64,000 nucleotides of DNA, from positions 523 through 64,522 of the IMG/VR virus record IMGVR_UViG_3300021440_000017; one strand, written 5' to 3'. Shown here piece after piece: positions 45,536 to 54,813 of the stretch (positions are counted from its first letter, which is position 1; every line of letters starts with the position of its first letter). The position numbers and the translations under genes were made by a program. The stretch comes from a virus. The notes beneath the pieces were generated by a model. The model ran no database searches. It was not told the origin of the DNA and saw only the letters and a list, made by a program, of their open reading frames with translations.

Positions 45536-47254
45536 ATGGCAACGATTTCACTAAGCCGCATCCACCCGGACTACGGGCAAATCCGAGCGCAGTTGCAACT
45601 GGCACTGGCTGGCCTGGACACCTGGAAAGACCTGTTGCCGACGGCGACGGGCCAAGCGGTGATCGACTTCGTGGCCGCCGTCGGCGACATGGACCAGTAC
45701 GGGATCGAGCACGCTTACCGCGAAGCGTTTCTCTCCGCACGCAAGTCCTCGTCGGTGTACGCGATTGCGAAGATGCTGGGTGTGCGCCTCGCTCGCAAGG
45801 TACCTGCCGCAGCCACTGTATCGTTGTCTCGCAAGGTCACGGCAACGACGCTGACGATCCCGGCGTACACGGTGTTCAACGGCGGCGGCGTCTCGCTGTT
45901 CAACCGTGAGCCCGTGGTGTTCAACATCGGGGTCACCTCGGTCCCCGTGCAGTTGTACGAGGGGCAGGTCAAAGAGCTTCAGCAACTGGCCGACGGCTCG
46001 GACTTCCAAGCGTTCATCGCGTCGGAACGGGACTTCACGATTTCCGACGCCGATGTGCAGGTACTCGCCGGCAACACGGAGATCCCAGTGACGCAATCCG
46101 GGCTGTGGACGCTGAAGGGCGTCCCAGGCGTACAAGACCTGACGCAAGAGCGCGGTGAACTCCTACTCGTGTTTGGCAACGACATCTACGGGTACAAGCC
46201 TGTGGTCAACACGCTGCTGACGTTCCGGTATGTCGTGAACCAAGGAGCATCAGCGAACTCCGCGAGGTTCACAGGGCAGAGCGTTACCGTACCGGACTTC
46301 GCGGACGTGAAGGGCGTTGCCAGCACGGGTTTGACCGCAGGTGCGAACGAGCGTGACCCTGGCTTCTACCGTCGGTTCGGCCCACAACTGTTCTCCAGTT
46401 CCGAGCGTGCGGTGACCGAAGACGAGTTCCAGGCCACAGCCGTGAACTACCCGTCGGTGGTCGATGCGTTGATCGTCGGCCAGCGCCGGTTGAGCCCGAG
46501 TGACAACCGTTACATGAACCTCGTTCGCGTGTCGCTGCTCACGAACAGCACGTGGGGAACACCGCAGCGGGAAGCGTTTCTCCGGTACTACCAGACACGC
46601 ACGATGTTCCCAACGCGGTTCTACTTCGAGGACCCGTCGTCACTGACTGTCGATGTCGAGGCCAACGTGTACTGTCGCTTCGAGGGTGACCTGAACGAAG
46701 TGCAGGCTGCCGTGCAGCAGTCACTGGCGACGTTGTTCGCTCCGAGAGCCGGCATCATCGGGCTGAACTTCTTCAAGTCCGACATCGAGGCGGCGATCCG
46801 CACGGCGAGTCCGCACATCGAGTTCTTCGAGTTGCTGAACCCAGTGACCGATGTGTACCCGATGTTCAAGCCGCCCAAGCCGCCGATAGTGACGGAGGTA
46901 CCTGGTGGAGGCACTCTCGCTGCTGGACCAGTGGCGTACGCGGTTACCGTGATGACGCCCCTTGGTGAGACACTGGCAGACAACATCGGCACGCAGGTGC
47001 TGGCAGCAGCAGGCTCAGCAGCGCACGTCGAGTGGAACGCGATCCCCGGCGCGCTCGGGTACCGTGTATACGGTCGGAGCTTCCCCGGTGCGAGGCTGCT
47101 GGCAACCACAGCGGCATCGGCCACGAGCTTCACGGACGTGGGCTTCCCGCTGACGACAGTGGAACCACCGGTGGTTGACACCAGCGGAGTACGGTACTGC
47201 ACGCTCGGGAACACCGTGCTCAACATGTTCTACACGGCACGGAGGCTCACATGA
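45536..47254 (+). CDS. baseplate wedge protein gp6/gpJ-like with inserted FN3/Ig-like domain
   Basis: E.FL.SARK.SSVY.IA..LG, RAVT..EF, position after gp25. Confidence 0.85.
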   Translation: MATISLSRIHPDYGQIRAQLQLALAGLDTWKDLLPTATGQAVIDFVAAVGDMDQYGIEHAYREAFLSARKSSSVYAIAKMLGVRLARKVPAAATVSLSRKVTATTLTIPAYTVFNGGGVSLFNREPVVFNIGVTSVPVQLYEGQVKELQQLADGSDFQAFIASERDFTISDADVQVLAGNTEIPVTQSGLWTLKGVPGVQDLTQERGELLLVFGNDIYGYKPVVNTLLTFRYVVNQGASANSARFTGQSVTVPDFADVKGVASTGLTAGANERDPGFYRRFGPQLFSSSERAVTEDEFQATAVNYPSVVDALIVGQRRLSPSDNRYMNLVRVSLLTNSTWGTPQREAFLRYYQTRTMFPTRFYFEDPSSLTVDVEANVYCRFEGDLNEVQAAVQQSLATLFAPRAGIIGLNFFKSDIEAAIRTASPHIEFFELLNPVTDVYPMFKPPKPPIVTEVPGGGTLAAGPVAYAVTVMTPLGETLADNIGTQVLAAAGSAAHVEWNAIPGALGYRVYGRSFPGARLLATTAASATSFTDVGFPLTTVEPPVVDTSGVRYCTLGNTVLNMFYTARRLT

Positions 47255-47922
47255 CTGAGCGGGTCGGACTGCTGGCTCCTCAACTGGAGAAGTCCAAGGT
47301 ATGGCGCGACTTCGCAGCCGCTGTAGACCGAGTGTTCACAGACCTCGGGATCGACGGTGCACGTGATCTGCTGGCGTCGTTGCGTGCGCCGTTGAACCTC
47401 AAGGACGTGGTCGGTGCCGAACCCGGTGGCGCGCTCACTGCACTAGACGTGATCCCCAGGGCGGAGCGTCAGACGCTGGTGCGCAACGCCGAGCTCCTTG
47501 GGTTCCGCTTCTACGACAGCGCGATTCTCGACGCTGAAGACTACGTGCGGCTCTGCATGTTCCTCGGTCAATACTACGACGAGGACAAGGGTACCGCAAG
47601 GTTCGCGGATTTCATGGGGTTCATGGCGAACGTCAAGCTCCAAGTGGTACCGACGTGGACGCAGGACTACGTGACGTTCCTCAAGGAAGGCGACCCCGGC
47701 ATCGGTGTACCCGTGTACCGTGGAGGACCGTGGTATCCGACGACGCACGTGGTGCTCAGCTTCGGACTCGGCAAGTTTGCAGGCGTGGACCGGAACTCGC
47801 TGATCGAGTTCTTCTACTACTTTGCGAACATCAACCTCGTGCTATGGGCCATTGAAATGACGGACGACGCCAGTATGTCCGTGAACATCAGTGGCGCAGG
47901 CACACTCGACATCTGGCTCTGA
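47251..47922 (+). CDS. baseplate wedge protein gp7/gpI-like
   Basis: Follows gpJ-like gene; DKGT..F..F. Confidence 0.6.
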   Translation: MTERVGLLAPQLEKSKVWRDFAAAVDRVFTDLGIDGARDLLASLRAPLNLKDVVGAEPGGALTALDVIPRAERQTLVRNAELLGFRFYDSAILDAEDYVRLCMFLGQYYDEDKGTARFADFMGFMANVKLQVVPTWTQDYVTFLKEGDPGIGVPVYRGGPWYPTTHVVLSFGLGKFAGVDRNSLIEFFYYFANINLVLWAIEMTDDASMSVNISGAGTLDIWL

Positions 47923-47924
47923 CC

Positions 47925-48290
47925 ATGCAAATGTGCGAACCACACTACGCAGCGCTGCGTACGGAAATCGAAAACCAAGGGATGGCTTCGATGATTCCAG
48001 AGACAGCGGAGCAAGCACGTGCCTCCGTGATAACAGCGCTGGAGGAAGCGCAGACGGGGGTGCAAGAAGGACCGTTCGATCCGCTGCTCACCGCCGTGTT
48101 CCAAATCTACGGGAACGCCGTACGCACCGGCGGTCTATACCTGCTGGCGGGTGACTACTGCCCGTTGTGCGAAGTGCGCAAGCACGTGCCTGCGGCGGAA
48201 AACAACGCCGACGCCCTGTGGATTTCCGGCTGCGTCACGGCCATAGCCGAACACGTACGGGAGAACGGGCTGCTCAAGCCACCGAACTGA
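47925..48290 (+). CDS. hypothetical protein
   Basis: YCPLC motif; packing. Confidence 0.55.
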   Translation: MQMCEPHYAALRTEIENQGMASMIPETAEQARASVITALEEAQTGVQEGPFDPLLTAVFQIYGNAVRTGGLYLLAGDYCPLCEVRKHVPAAENNADALWISGCVTAIAEHVRENGLLKPPN

Positions 48291-48358
48291 AACCCGGTAA
48301 TTTCAAGACCGTGCGCGAGAATGCACGCCACTGCAAACCACGTCCGAAAAGGAACCTC

Positions 48359-48739
48359 ATGAAACTCGACCTCTCCCCCATCGTCGTCGGTCTGGACGGA
48401 AACGCGCTGAAGCGCAGCGCCGTCAACAAGGAGTTCGGTGACGAGCCGCTGACCTTGGCTTTCGCCCTCGCTCACGTGCTCTCCGTCGCCGTGGAAGACG
48501 TGGGCGTGCTGGAGCAAGCGGCCGCGAACCCCGCGAACCCCGACGCGGACTCCGTGCGTGCGCGAGCCTTCGCCATGAAGGTCGAGCGTGGCAACCTCGC
48601 GTTGCGCCTGGCAGCCGTTGTCGGCGATGCGGCCACCGCCGTGGAACTGACGCCGGAAGAACTGGTGCTGCTGAAAACCGTCGCGGGACCACGTCTCATG
48701 CCCATCGTGCTGGCACAGGTGAACCGCGTCATCGGCTGA
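48359..48739 (+). CDS. small protein, possible fibre assembly chaperone
   Basis: AAGGA SD; ...VELTPEELVLLK.. helix pattern. Confidence 0.55.
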   Translation: MKLDLSPIVVGLDGNALKRSAVNKEFGDEPLTLAFALAHVLSVAVEDVGVLEQAAANPANPDADSVRARAFAMKVERGNLALRLAAVVGDAATAVELTPEELVLLKTVAGPRLMPIVLAQVNRVIG

Positions 48740-48760
48740 TCCGACGCAAAGGAACTCCAA

Positions 48761-49657
48761 GTGGACCTGACAATACTCGACTCTGGCCGGACCGCTTCTC
48801 TGAACTCCGGAGTGCCCGGCATCAAGATCGAAATCGGTAGCTTCACCCTGGGCTCAGCGTTCGGGTACGCGGTGAATCCCGCAACGGACACGGCGCTGCA
48901 CGGTGCCGTGCTGTACACGGGGACGCCCATCGGGTACTCCGTGATCGACGCGGACACTTGCGAGTTCATGTTGCAGGTCCCTGGCAACGTCGGCACCTTC
49001 AACTTCGGTGAGGTAGGGCTCCACCTGGTTTCTGGTGCGCTGTACGCAGTCGGCGTGCTGCCGGGTTTGCAGCAGAAGATCGCGGCGCCCGGCACCGGCT
49101 GGAACACGATCAACATCAGGGCGAGGCTGCACGAATCGGGGTTGCCGGCGACCATCACCTTCGTGATTCAGGAGATCACGGCGGGTGCCATCATCGAGCT
49201 TCCCAACTGGTCCACGCTGAACCGTCCTGCGGATGCACCGTCCAACGTGTACATCGTGCATGACGCTGACGACTTGGGCAACGACGCGCTGGTCACGAGA
49301 AGCCATGATGGCACATGGGACGTCAGCACACACGGGTACCCCGTTGTCGAAGCCGGCGCGTTCACTGTCGGTCCTGGTGCCACGGGGTCCGCGCTGCTGG
49401 CTTCTGGCGTGCTGCCGATGGAAGCGAGCTTCCCGCTCGGTCGCTACCTGATCCAGCCGAAGACCGGAGCACAGGCTGGCAACATCCGCAAGGTCACGAG
49501 CGTCTCGGGCTCAGTGCTTCACTGGTCACCGTCGTTCGGTGCGCCGCTGGACACCGGTGACGAGTTCGAGATCCTTCAATCCACCGCGAGTCTGTCGGAA
49601 ACAGTGGGCACCGACATCGCGTTGTTTCACGCACTTGCCACACGGAGCTTCTCATGA
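48761..49657 (+). CDS. tail fibre baseplate-anchor protein (P2 gpH N-terminal-like)
   Basis: LTILDSG...IEIGSF.LG...GTFNFGEVGL...G.LYAV. Confidence 0.7.
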   Translation: MDLTILDSGRTASLNSGVPGIKIEIGSFTLGSAFGYAVNPATDTALHGAVLYTGTPIGYSVIDADTCEFMLQVPGNVGTFNFGEVGLHLVSGALYAVGVLPGLQQKIAAPGTGWNTINIRARLHESGLPATITFVIQEITAGAIIELPNWSTLNRPADAPSNVYIVHDADDLGNDALVTRSHDGTWDVSTHGYPVVEAGAFTVGPGATGSALLASGVLPMEASFPLGRYLIQPKTGAQAGNIRKVTSVSGSVLHWSPSFGAPLDTGDEFEILQSTASLSETVGTDIALFHALATRSFS

Positions 49658-49974
49658 CCATTTCCTACAAGGGCGGTGGCATGCCGCTAACGACCGTGGC
49701 GCAAGCGCTGCACACGGTCGCTGCCGGAACCAAATCTGCGGTTCCCGTGAGTGTCCACGTCACGAACGTCGATAAGGAGTTCCGCCGACGGCTGAACTTC
49801 TGGCTGTCGATCACCGGAGGCCGCAACATGATTGTGGTCAACGGCGCCGAGGTCGAGTTCGGGGTCACCACGGTGTTCGCAGGTCCCGCACTGAACCCCG
49901 GCGAATCGCTGATGGCGTACGCCGAGACACTCGGGCTGCTGGTGGCAGCGTCGTCCACAGGAGAACAACGATGA
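49654..49974 (+). CDS. small beta-rich fibre-associated protein
   Basis: ATGA overlap; PALNPGESL.A. Confidence 0.55.
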   Translation: MTISYKGGGMPLTTVAQALHTVAAGTKSAVPVSVHVTNVDKEFRRRLNFWLSITGGRNMIVVNGAEVEFGVTTVFAGPALNPGESLMAYAETLGLLVAASSTGEQR

Positions 49975-50741
49975 AATTTCCGACCAAGCGCGTTGCGCTA
50001 CCGTACACGCTGAGTCCTGGCGACGAGGGTGTTCTCGAACTCCAGAACTCGGGCACGCTGTACGTGCCGGCAACGATTCCGTTGATGGTCCGGCGGTTCT
50101 CCGTGATCCTCATGAACCAGTCTGCTGGTTCCGTCACCCTGGAATCCCCGGTAGCGAATCTCAGCGTGCACGGGGCGACCGAGACAGCGACGATCGTGAT
50201 TCCAGCGGGGCGTGCCGTGCTGCTGGCCGCGCATGACGGCGTGGCACGGTGGTTGGTGGTGAACATCACCAACCTCTCCAGCGGTGCTCCAGTGGGCGCT
50301 GTTGGTGCTCCAGTAGGGGCTGTTGGTGGCTCTGGAACAGCGGTTCTCCAGTGGGGTCCGCAAGGTGGCGACACCATCAACGGAGTTTCCTGGCTGAGCA
50401 ACCCCACGCTGGCAAACGGGGGCACGTTCAACTACGTGCTACACGTGACGAATCCGAGTTCCTCGGCGGTCGGCTTCAACGGCGCTACCGCCGTGTACAG
50501 CAAAGCCACGGGGAACCCGCCACCGGGTGTCATCAACGTGCCTGCAGGTGGCAACATCACGGTCACTGGCAACATCACGGTGAACGGAGCAGTCGGCTCA
50601 CCAGGCTTCATCCGGCTGACGCTGCACGATCCGTTCGGCGCGGTACAGCGTTCGGACATCAACTTCGTTGTCGGCCCCGCACCCGTCGGAGCACCGCCGG
50701 TAGGCGCACCTCCGGTCGGTGGCACCGGCGTCGGCGACTGA
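49971..50741 (+). CDS. fibre-associated protein with GAPVG/GAPPVG repeats and Ig-like domain
   Basis: SGAPVGAVGAPVGAVGG and GPAPVGAPPVGAPPVGG. Confidence 0.6.
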   Translation: MKFPTKRVALPYTLSPGDEGVLELQNSGTLYVPATIPLMVRRFSVILMNQSAGSVTLESPVANLSVHGATETATIVIPAGRAVLLAAHDGVARWLVVNITNLSSGAPVGAVGAPVGAVGGSGTAVLQWGPQGGDTINGVSWLSNPTLANGGTFNYVLHVTNPSSSAVGFNGATAVYSKATGNPPPGVINVPAGGNITVTGNITVNGAVGSPGFIRLTLHDPFGAVQRSDINFVVGPAPVGAPPVGAPPVGGTGVGD

Positions 50742-50753
50742 CAGGAGAACACC

Positions 50754-51074
50754 ATGGAAATTGGAACACCACGGTCATCGGGGCCCTACCCGCTGAAGCA
50801 CGTCTCTGCCCCGTACGTCATGGACGCGAACGACATCGGGTTGACGATCATGGTCGCAGCAGGTGCCGGTGCCGTGACGCTGCCCCCGGTGGACCCGAAC
50901 GTCACGGAGTTCCCGTTCATCATCGTGAACGGCACCGGAGCAGCGTTGACGATCACAGGACCTATGGCAGTGCATGGAGTACCCGGGTCCTCGTACTCGC
51001 TGGCGACGGTGCTCGCGCTGATCGGCACGCGGTACGCAGGAGACGCTCAGTACCGGGCGGAACTCATCGGCTGA
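50754..51074 (+). CDS. small fibre-tip-like beta-sandwich protein
   Basis: KHVSAPYVM...D.G...VTLP...F.IVN.T similar to N-terminus of the previous gene. Confidence 0.55.
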   Translation: MEIGTPRSSGPYPLKHVSAPYVMDANDIGLTIMVAAGAGAVTLPPVDPNVTEFPFIIVNGTGAALTITGPMAVHGVPGSSYSLATVLALIGTRYAGDAQYRAELIG

Positions 51075-51079
51075 CGGTG

Positions 51080-51733
51080 ATGAAGCTGACGGTACCAAGG
51101 CTCAGCGAGTACGTCGGACCGGCGCTGGACTTCCCGAGAGAACCGATTCGGGTGTTCAACGTGTGGACGCCCGCGCGAGCCGCGATGATCCGTGCTGAAC
51201 TCGATGCCGTGCAATCCGAAGCTGAAGCCCTGGTGTTTCAGACGAACGGGAACGCAGGCTACGAGAACCCTGGGGTGCGCTCGTGCACGGTACTGAACCC
51301 CGGTGCGGAGCTACGGGCCTCGGTCACCAGCGATCTGCTCTCCGTGTTTCGTCCGTTCGTCCAGGCAGAACTGAAGATGCAGCGTGCCTCGTTGCACGGA
51401 GAAATCCAGTTCATCAGGTACCGCAAGCGGGATTCAGGGCGAGCCGATCACTTCGTGTTTCACGCGGATGCCGCGATCTTCGTGAACGGCCGATGGCTTG
51501 TGAACACGCCTGAGCGGCATCTGACGTTCAGTGCGTACGTCAACGACGACTTCTCAGGCGGAGACTTCGTGTTCAAGAACGTGGTCCACGATGGCGGAGT
51601 ACCAGTGACAGTGCAACCTCGACCAGGGCTCGCGCTGCTGTTTCCGTCGGACCCACGGTATGAGCACGCAGTGACGCCAATGCGTAAGGGCACTCGGTAC
51701 GCAATGGTCGGGTGGCTGACAATGGAGGCTTGA
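51080..51733 (+). CDS. 2OG-Fe(II) oxygenase, prolyl 4-hydroxylase-like
   Basis: QFIRY...HAD...RHLT.S.YVNDDFSGG...F...P..G.ALLFPS...HAVTP..KGTRY. Confidence 0.9.
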   Translation: MKLTVPRLSEYVGPALDFPREPIRVFNVWTPARAAMIRAELDAVQSEAEALVFQTNGNAGYENPGVRSCTVLNPGAELRASVTSDLLSVFRPFVQAELKMQRASLHGEIQFIRYRKRDSGRADHFVFHADAAIFVNGRWLVNTPERHLTFSAYVNDDFSGGDFVFKNVVHDGGVPVTVQPRPGLALLFPSDPRYEHAVTPMRKGTRYAMVGWLTMEA

Positions 51734-51755
51734 ACGGGTGCTGCGGCACCCTTCT

Positions 51756-52331
51756 TCATTTCCGGTGCTCGGGTAGCAAGAACACGTGACGGATCGCCAT
51801 CTCCTGGTCGAACATGGCAGTACCCATCACCTCGTCCCAGTAGAACGAGAACGCGGACACCGTGCGTGGAGGCAACTGTTCTTCCAGTGCCGACACGTAC
51901 CGTCCGGTCTTGCGGCGAGCAACGCGGTCCCACACGCGGTCGTGCTGCTCTGCGCGGGCCGCTGGCGTGTACGTGAAGTACCGGTAGTACCGCTTGGACT
52001 CAGCGTACTCGATGGCGGCATCCAGTAGGATGCCCAAGCCGTTCATCGGAAGCCCGTTGCTTGCCGTTTGATCGCTGATGACGAGAAGCAGCAACCAGGC
52101 ACGCTGGCTCGTCATCAGCTTCTGCAACAGGTAGCACCAGATGCGCCCCTCGCTGTCCACGAGGCCCCAGGTGCGGTACATTTCGTTCTCGGGCACTAGG
52201 TACTGGTTCTCCAGGTAGTGCCGTGCGTACATCGGGTTGGCGAGGGGCGCACCGTCTATGTCAGTTGGGTTGCCCTGGCGGATGCGCATAAGTTGGTCGG
52301 CATGTTCGGGGCGGAGTCGGAGTACGTTCAT
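51756..52331 (-). CDS. GNAT-fold-like protein
   Basis: ..LRPEH..QL..I; G.GILLD.AIEYAES pattern. Confidence 0.5.
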   Translation of the reverse strand: MNVLRLRPEHADQLMRIRQGNPTDIDGAPLANPMYARHYLENQYLVPENEMYRTWGLVDSEGRIWCYLLQKLMTSQRAWLLLLVISDQTASNGLPMNGLGILLDAAIEYAESKRYYRYFTYTPAARAEQHDRVWDRVARRKTGRYVSALEEQLPPRTVSAFSFYWDEVMGTAMFDQEMAIRHVFLLPEHRK

Positions 52332-53317
52332 GTGCGTCCTAGTGGGTGGTTGATTAGCGAGAGCAGATCGCGGTACGGGATCTCCGTAGACGACCAGCAA
52401 CGGAAGGGCATGCTCGTGCGCACGGCTTCGGACTCCGTGAACACCTGCGTGAGTTCACGTTCGTAGCCCGTGTACTTCACGCGAGGTCGCAGTCCATAGG
52501 CACGGTCTTTCACGAGGTCCGAACTGTGAACCCGACGGTTGTACTGGCCGGCGACGAGGCGGACGAGAAACGGGTTCGCCAGATACGCAGCCCATAGCTC
52601 CAGACTGTACTGGTAGAACGACGGGATGACCCTGTGGTTGTCGGTCCAGTGCAGGTACTTCTGGAACGCAGGGAACCGCTCATGGTCGTGGAACATGAAC
52701 GTGCCCTTGCTGTAGTCTCCGTCGATCTGCGCTTGAAGGTCCGGCACGTAGTTGACCTCGGGTTCGTTGAACCCGGACACGAGGGCACCCGGTGTGTCGC
52801 GCACAGCGACGTACCACGGTGCGTAGCCCACATGCTTGCACTGGCTTACACGCGCGAGTTCACGAGCCTCACCGCTGTCGATCAGCACCTGCATGTCGAT
52901 GTCGAAAAATCGGTAGTCGAGCCCGAGCTTGTGCGCGAGTCGCAATGCCGGCACCAGATCGTGACGATTGCCTCCGCGCGCATGCCGGATCAGCAACGTA
53001 GTGAACGGGACACCAGCGTCCAAGAACCTCCGGACCATGTACTCGGAATCAAGGCCACCGCTGAGCATCAGCACCAGGTCTTCGCCGTGGAACCTGTCGG
53101 CGATAGCCCGAGCGTTGAGTACCGCTTCGTCACGTAGAGTACCAAGAGCCCTGGTGAGCCCTCGATTGATCTTCATCACGTACGTTGCGTCCTCGTGCAC
53201 ACGGAACAAGCCGGGGAACCCGGCGTACCCGTAAGCGAACCACGAGTCGGCAGTGAACCTCGGTGTGGGAACCAAGTTCAGGCGCACCCACGCTGCGACG
53301 AGTTCGTCATTGTCCAT
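52328..53317 (-). CDS. PP-loop adenine nucleotide alpha-hydrolase family protein
   Basis: LVLMLSGGLDSE. Confidence 0.7.
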   Translation of the reverse strand: MDNDELVAAWVRLNLVPTPRFTADSWFAYGYAGFPGLFRVHEDATYVMKINRGLTRALGTLRDEAVLNARAIADRFHGEDLVLMLSGGLDSEYMVRRFLDAGVPFTTLLIRHARGGNRHDLVPALRLAHKLGLDYRFFDIDMQVLIDSGEARELARVSQCKHVGYAPWYVAVRDTPGALVSGFNEPEVNYVPDLQAQIDGDYSKGTFMFHDHERFPAFQKYLHWTDNHRVIPSFYQYSLELWAAYLANPFLVRLVAGQYNRRVHSSDLVKDRAYGLRPRVKYTGYERELTQVFTESEAVRTSMPFRCWSSTEIPYRDLLSLINHPLGRT

Positions 53318-53972
53318 CGGGGTCTCTTTGTGGAAGCGTCACTGGTCCGTGATACATGCGCACGACGTTCAGCGTCTGAGGATGGACCTCGACGAACGAG
53401 TTCTCCAGGCCGAAGTGCACCACATGGTTGTACACGAGGACCGCCAGTATATGAGCGAGCACCACGGGGCGTACGGACTCTGCGGAGTCCGGCATCGGAA
53501 ACCCGAGCCGTGCGTCCCACACCTGCACGTACCCTTGCGGGCTCGTGTTGAACCGGAACACACGGCCGAACGCGACCTCAGCGTCGGTCACGATCTCCTG
53601 GGTGTCCACGAGAATGATCGACGCTCGTTCTCGCGGGACGTCCACGTTAAAGAACGGGGACAGCAGGTCGTGTACGACGGAGTTTTCGGTAAATACAGAC
53701 ACGTCGTCCACTTGGTTCCCGTGCCACTTCGCATCTGGTGTCACGACGGGGGCACACACAGCGGTCATCTGCGTGTGGTACTCGGGGCCTGGTGTCCAGC
53801 CGGACGCTACTGATGTCAGCAGCGACCGGTACGCTTCATGCACAGGCACCTGACCACGCAGGGTCTTTCGCAGGATCTCAGTCGGAGACAGCGCGAACAA
53901 CACACGGGCGCCGCCATGCGTGATTTCGACGACGGTGTACCCCAGGGCTTCTTTCTCAGCTTTCCAGGTCAT
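53307..53972 (-). CDS. hypothetical protein
   Basis: GGAGG SD. Confidence 0.65.
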   Translation of the reverse strand: MTWKAEKEALGYTVVEITHGGARVLFALSPTEILRKTLRGQVPVHEAYRSLLTSVASGWTPGPEYHTQMTAVCAPVVTPDAKWHGNQVDDVSVFTENSVVHDLLSPFFNVDVPRERASIILVDTQEIVTDAEVAFGRVFRFNTSPQGYVQVWDARLGFPMPDSAESVRPVVLAHILAVLVYNHVVHFGLENSFVEVHPQTLNVVRMYHGPVTLPQRDPDGQ

Positions 53973-54020
53973 CTGGTCCTCCAGTAGTTCACAACTGATT
54001 TACCCACGTTCGGAGTTCAC

Positions 54021-54803
54021 ATGTACGTCTCGGATCATGCACGTCGCATTCTCATTCCCATTCATCTGCTGTTCGCCGCAGTGACGGCCGCCTGGGTGTA
54101 CAACGGGGCTCACGTACCGTGGCCGGCAGCAGTTCTCGCCGTCGCATGGTGGACGCTGCTCTCTGGGCTTGGCATCGCCGTGGGATTCCACCGGTACTTC
54201 AGCCATCTGGCGTTTCCGGCCAAGCCGTGGGCGCGCAAGCTCATGCTCGGCGCCGGAACACTCGCTGGGCAGGGGTCACCGATCTTTTGGGTGGCGTTGC
54301 ACATGGGCTACCACCATCCGCATTCGGACGAACGGAAAGACGTGCACTCCCCGGTGCACGGCATCTGGTCTGCGTACATGGGGTGGATGATCCGGCTACG
54401 GCCTGACGATGTGAGTCTCAAGTACGCGGTGCGGTTGCTCAGGGACCCGCTGATCGTCACCGTGCATCAGCGGTACTACACGGTGTTCTGGCTGGCGTAC
54501 GCAGCGATACTCGGGATCGCAGCTACAGCAGGGCTACCGTACGTCATGGCCGTGATGACCGCGCTTATCGTCGCCGTACACCAGGAGTGCGCGGTGAACG
54601 TGCTGAACCACAGTCGCTGGTTCGGTTACGTGAACTACTACACGGGAGACAACAGCGTGAACAACGTGGTCACTGGCCTCTTGTGTTGGGGCCAGGGGTG
54701 GCACAACAACCACCATCAGTTGCCTGGCCGAGCGAACTTCGGTGTCCGATGGTTCGAGTACGACCCGACACGGTTGCTGATTCCCCTGGTTCGCGCACGC
54801 TGA
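54021..54803 (+). CDS. membrane fatty-acid desaturase (delta-9/OLE1-like)
   Basis: His boxes HRYFSH, HMGYHH, HNNHH; SD...D.HSP..G; VN.LNH; TM helices. Confidence 0.9.
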   Translation: MYVSDHARRILIPIHLLFAAVTAAWVYNGAHVPWPAAVLAVAWWTLLSGLGIAVGFHRYFSHLAFPAKPWARKLMLGAGTLAGQGSPIFWVALHMGYHHPHSDERKDVHSPVHGIWSAYMGWMIRLRPDDVSLKYAVRLLRDPLIVTVHQRYYTVFWLAYAAILGIAATAGLPYVMAVMTALIVAVHQECAVNVLNHSRWFGYVNYYTGDNSVNNVVTGLLCWGQGWHNNHHQLPGRANFGVRWFEYDPTRLLIPLVRAR

Positions 54804-54813
54804 GGACACGATC

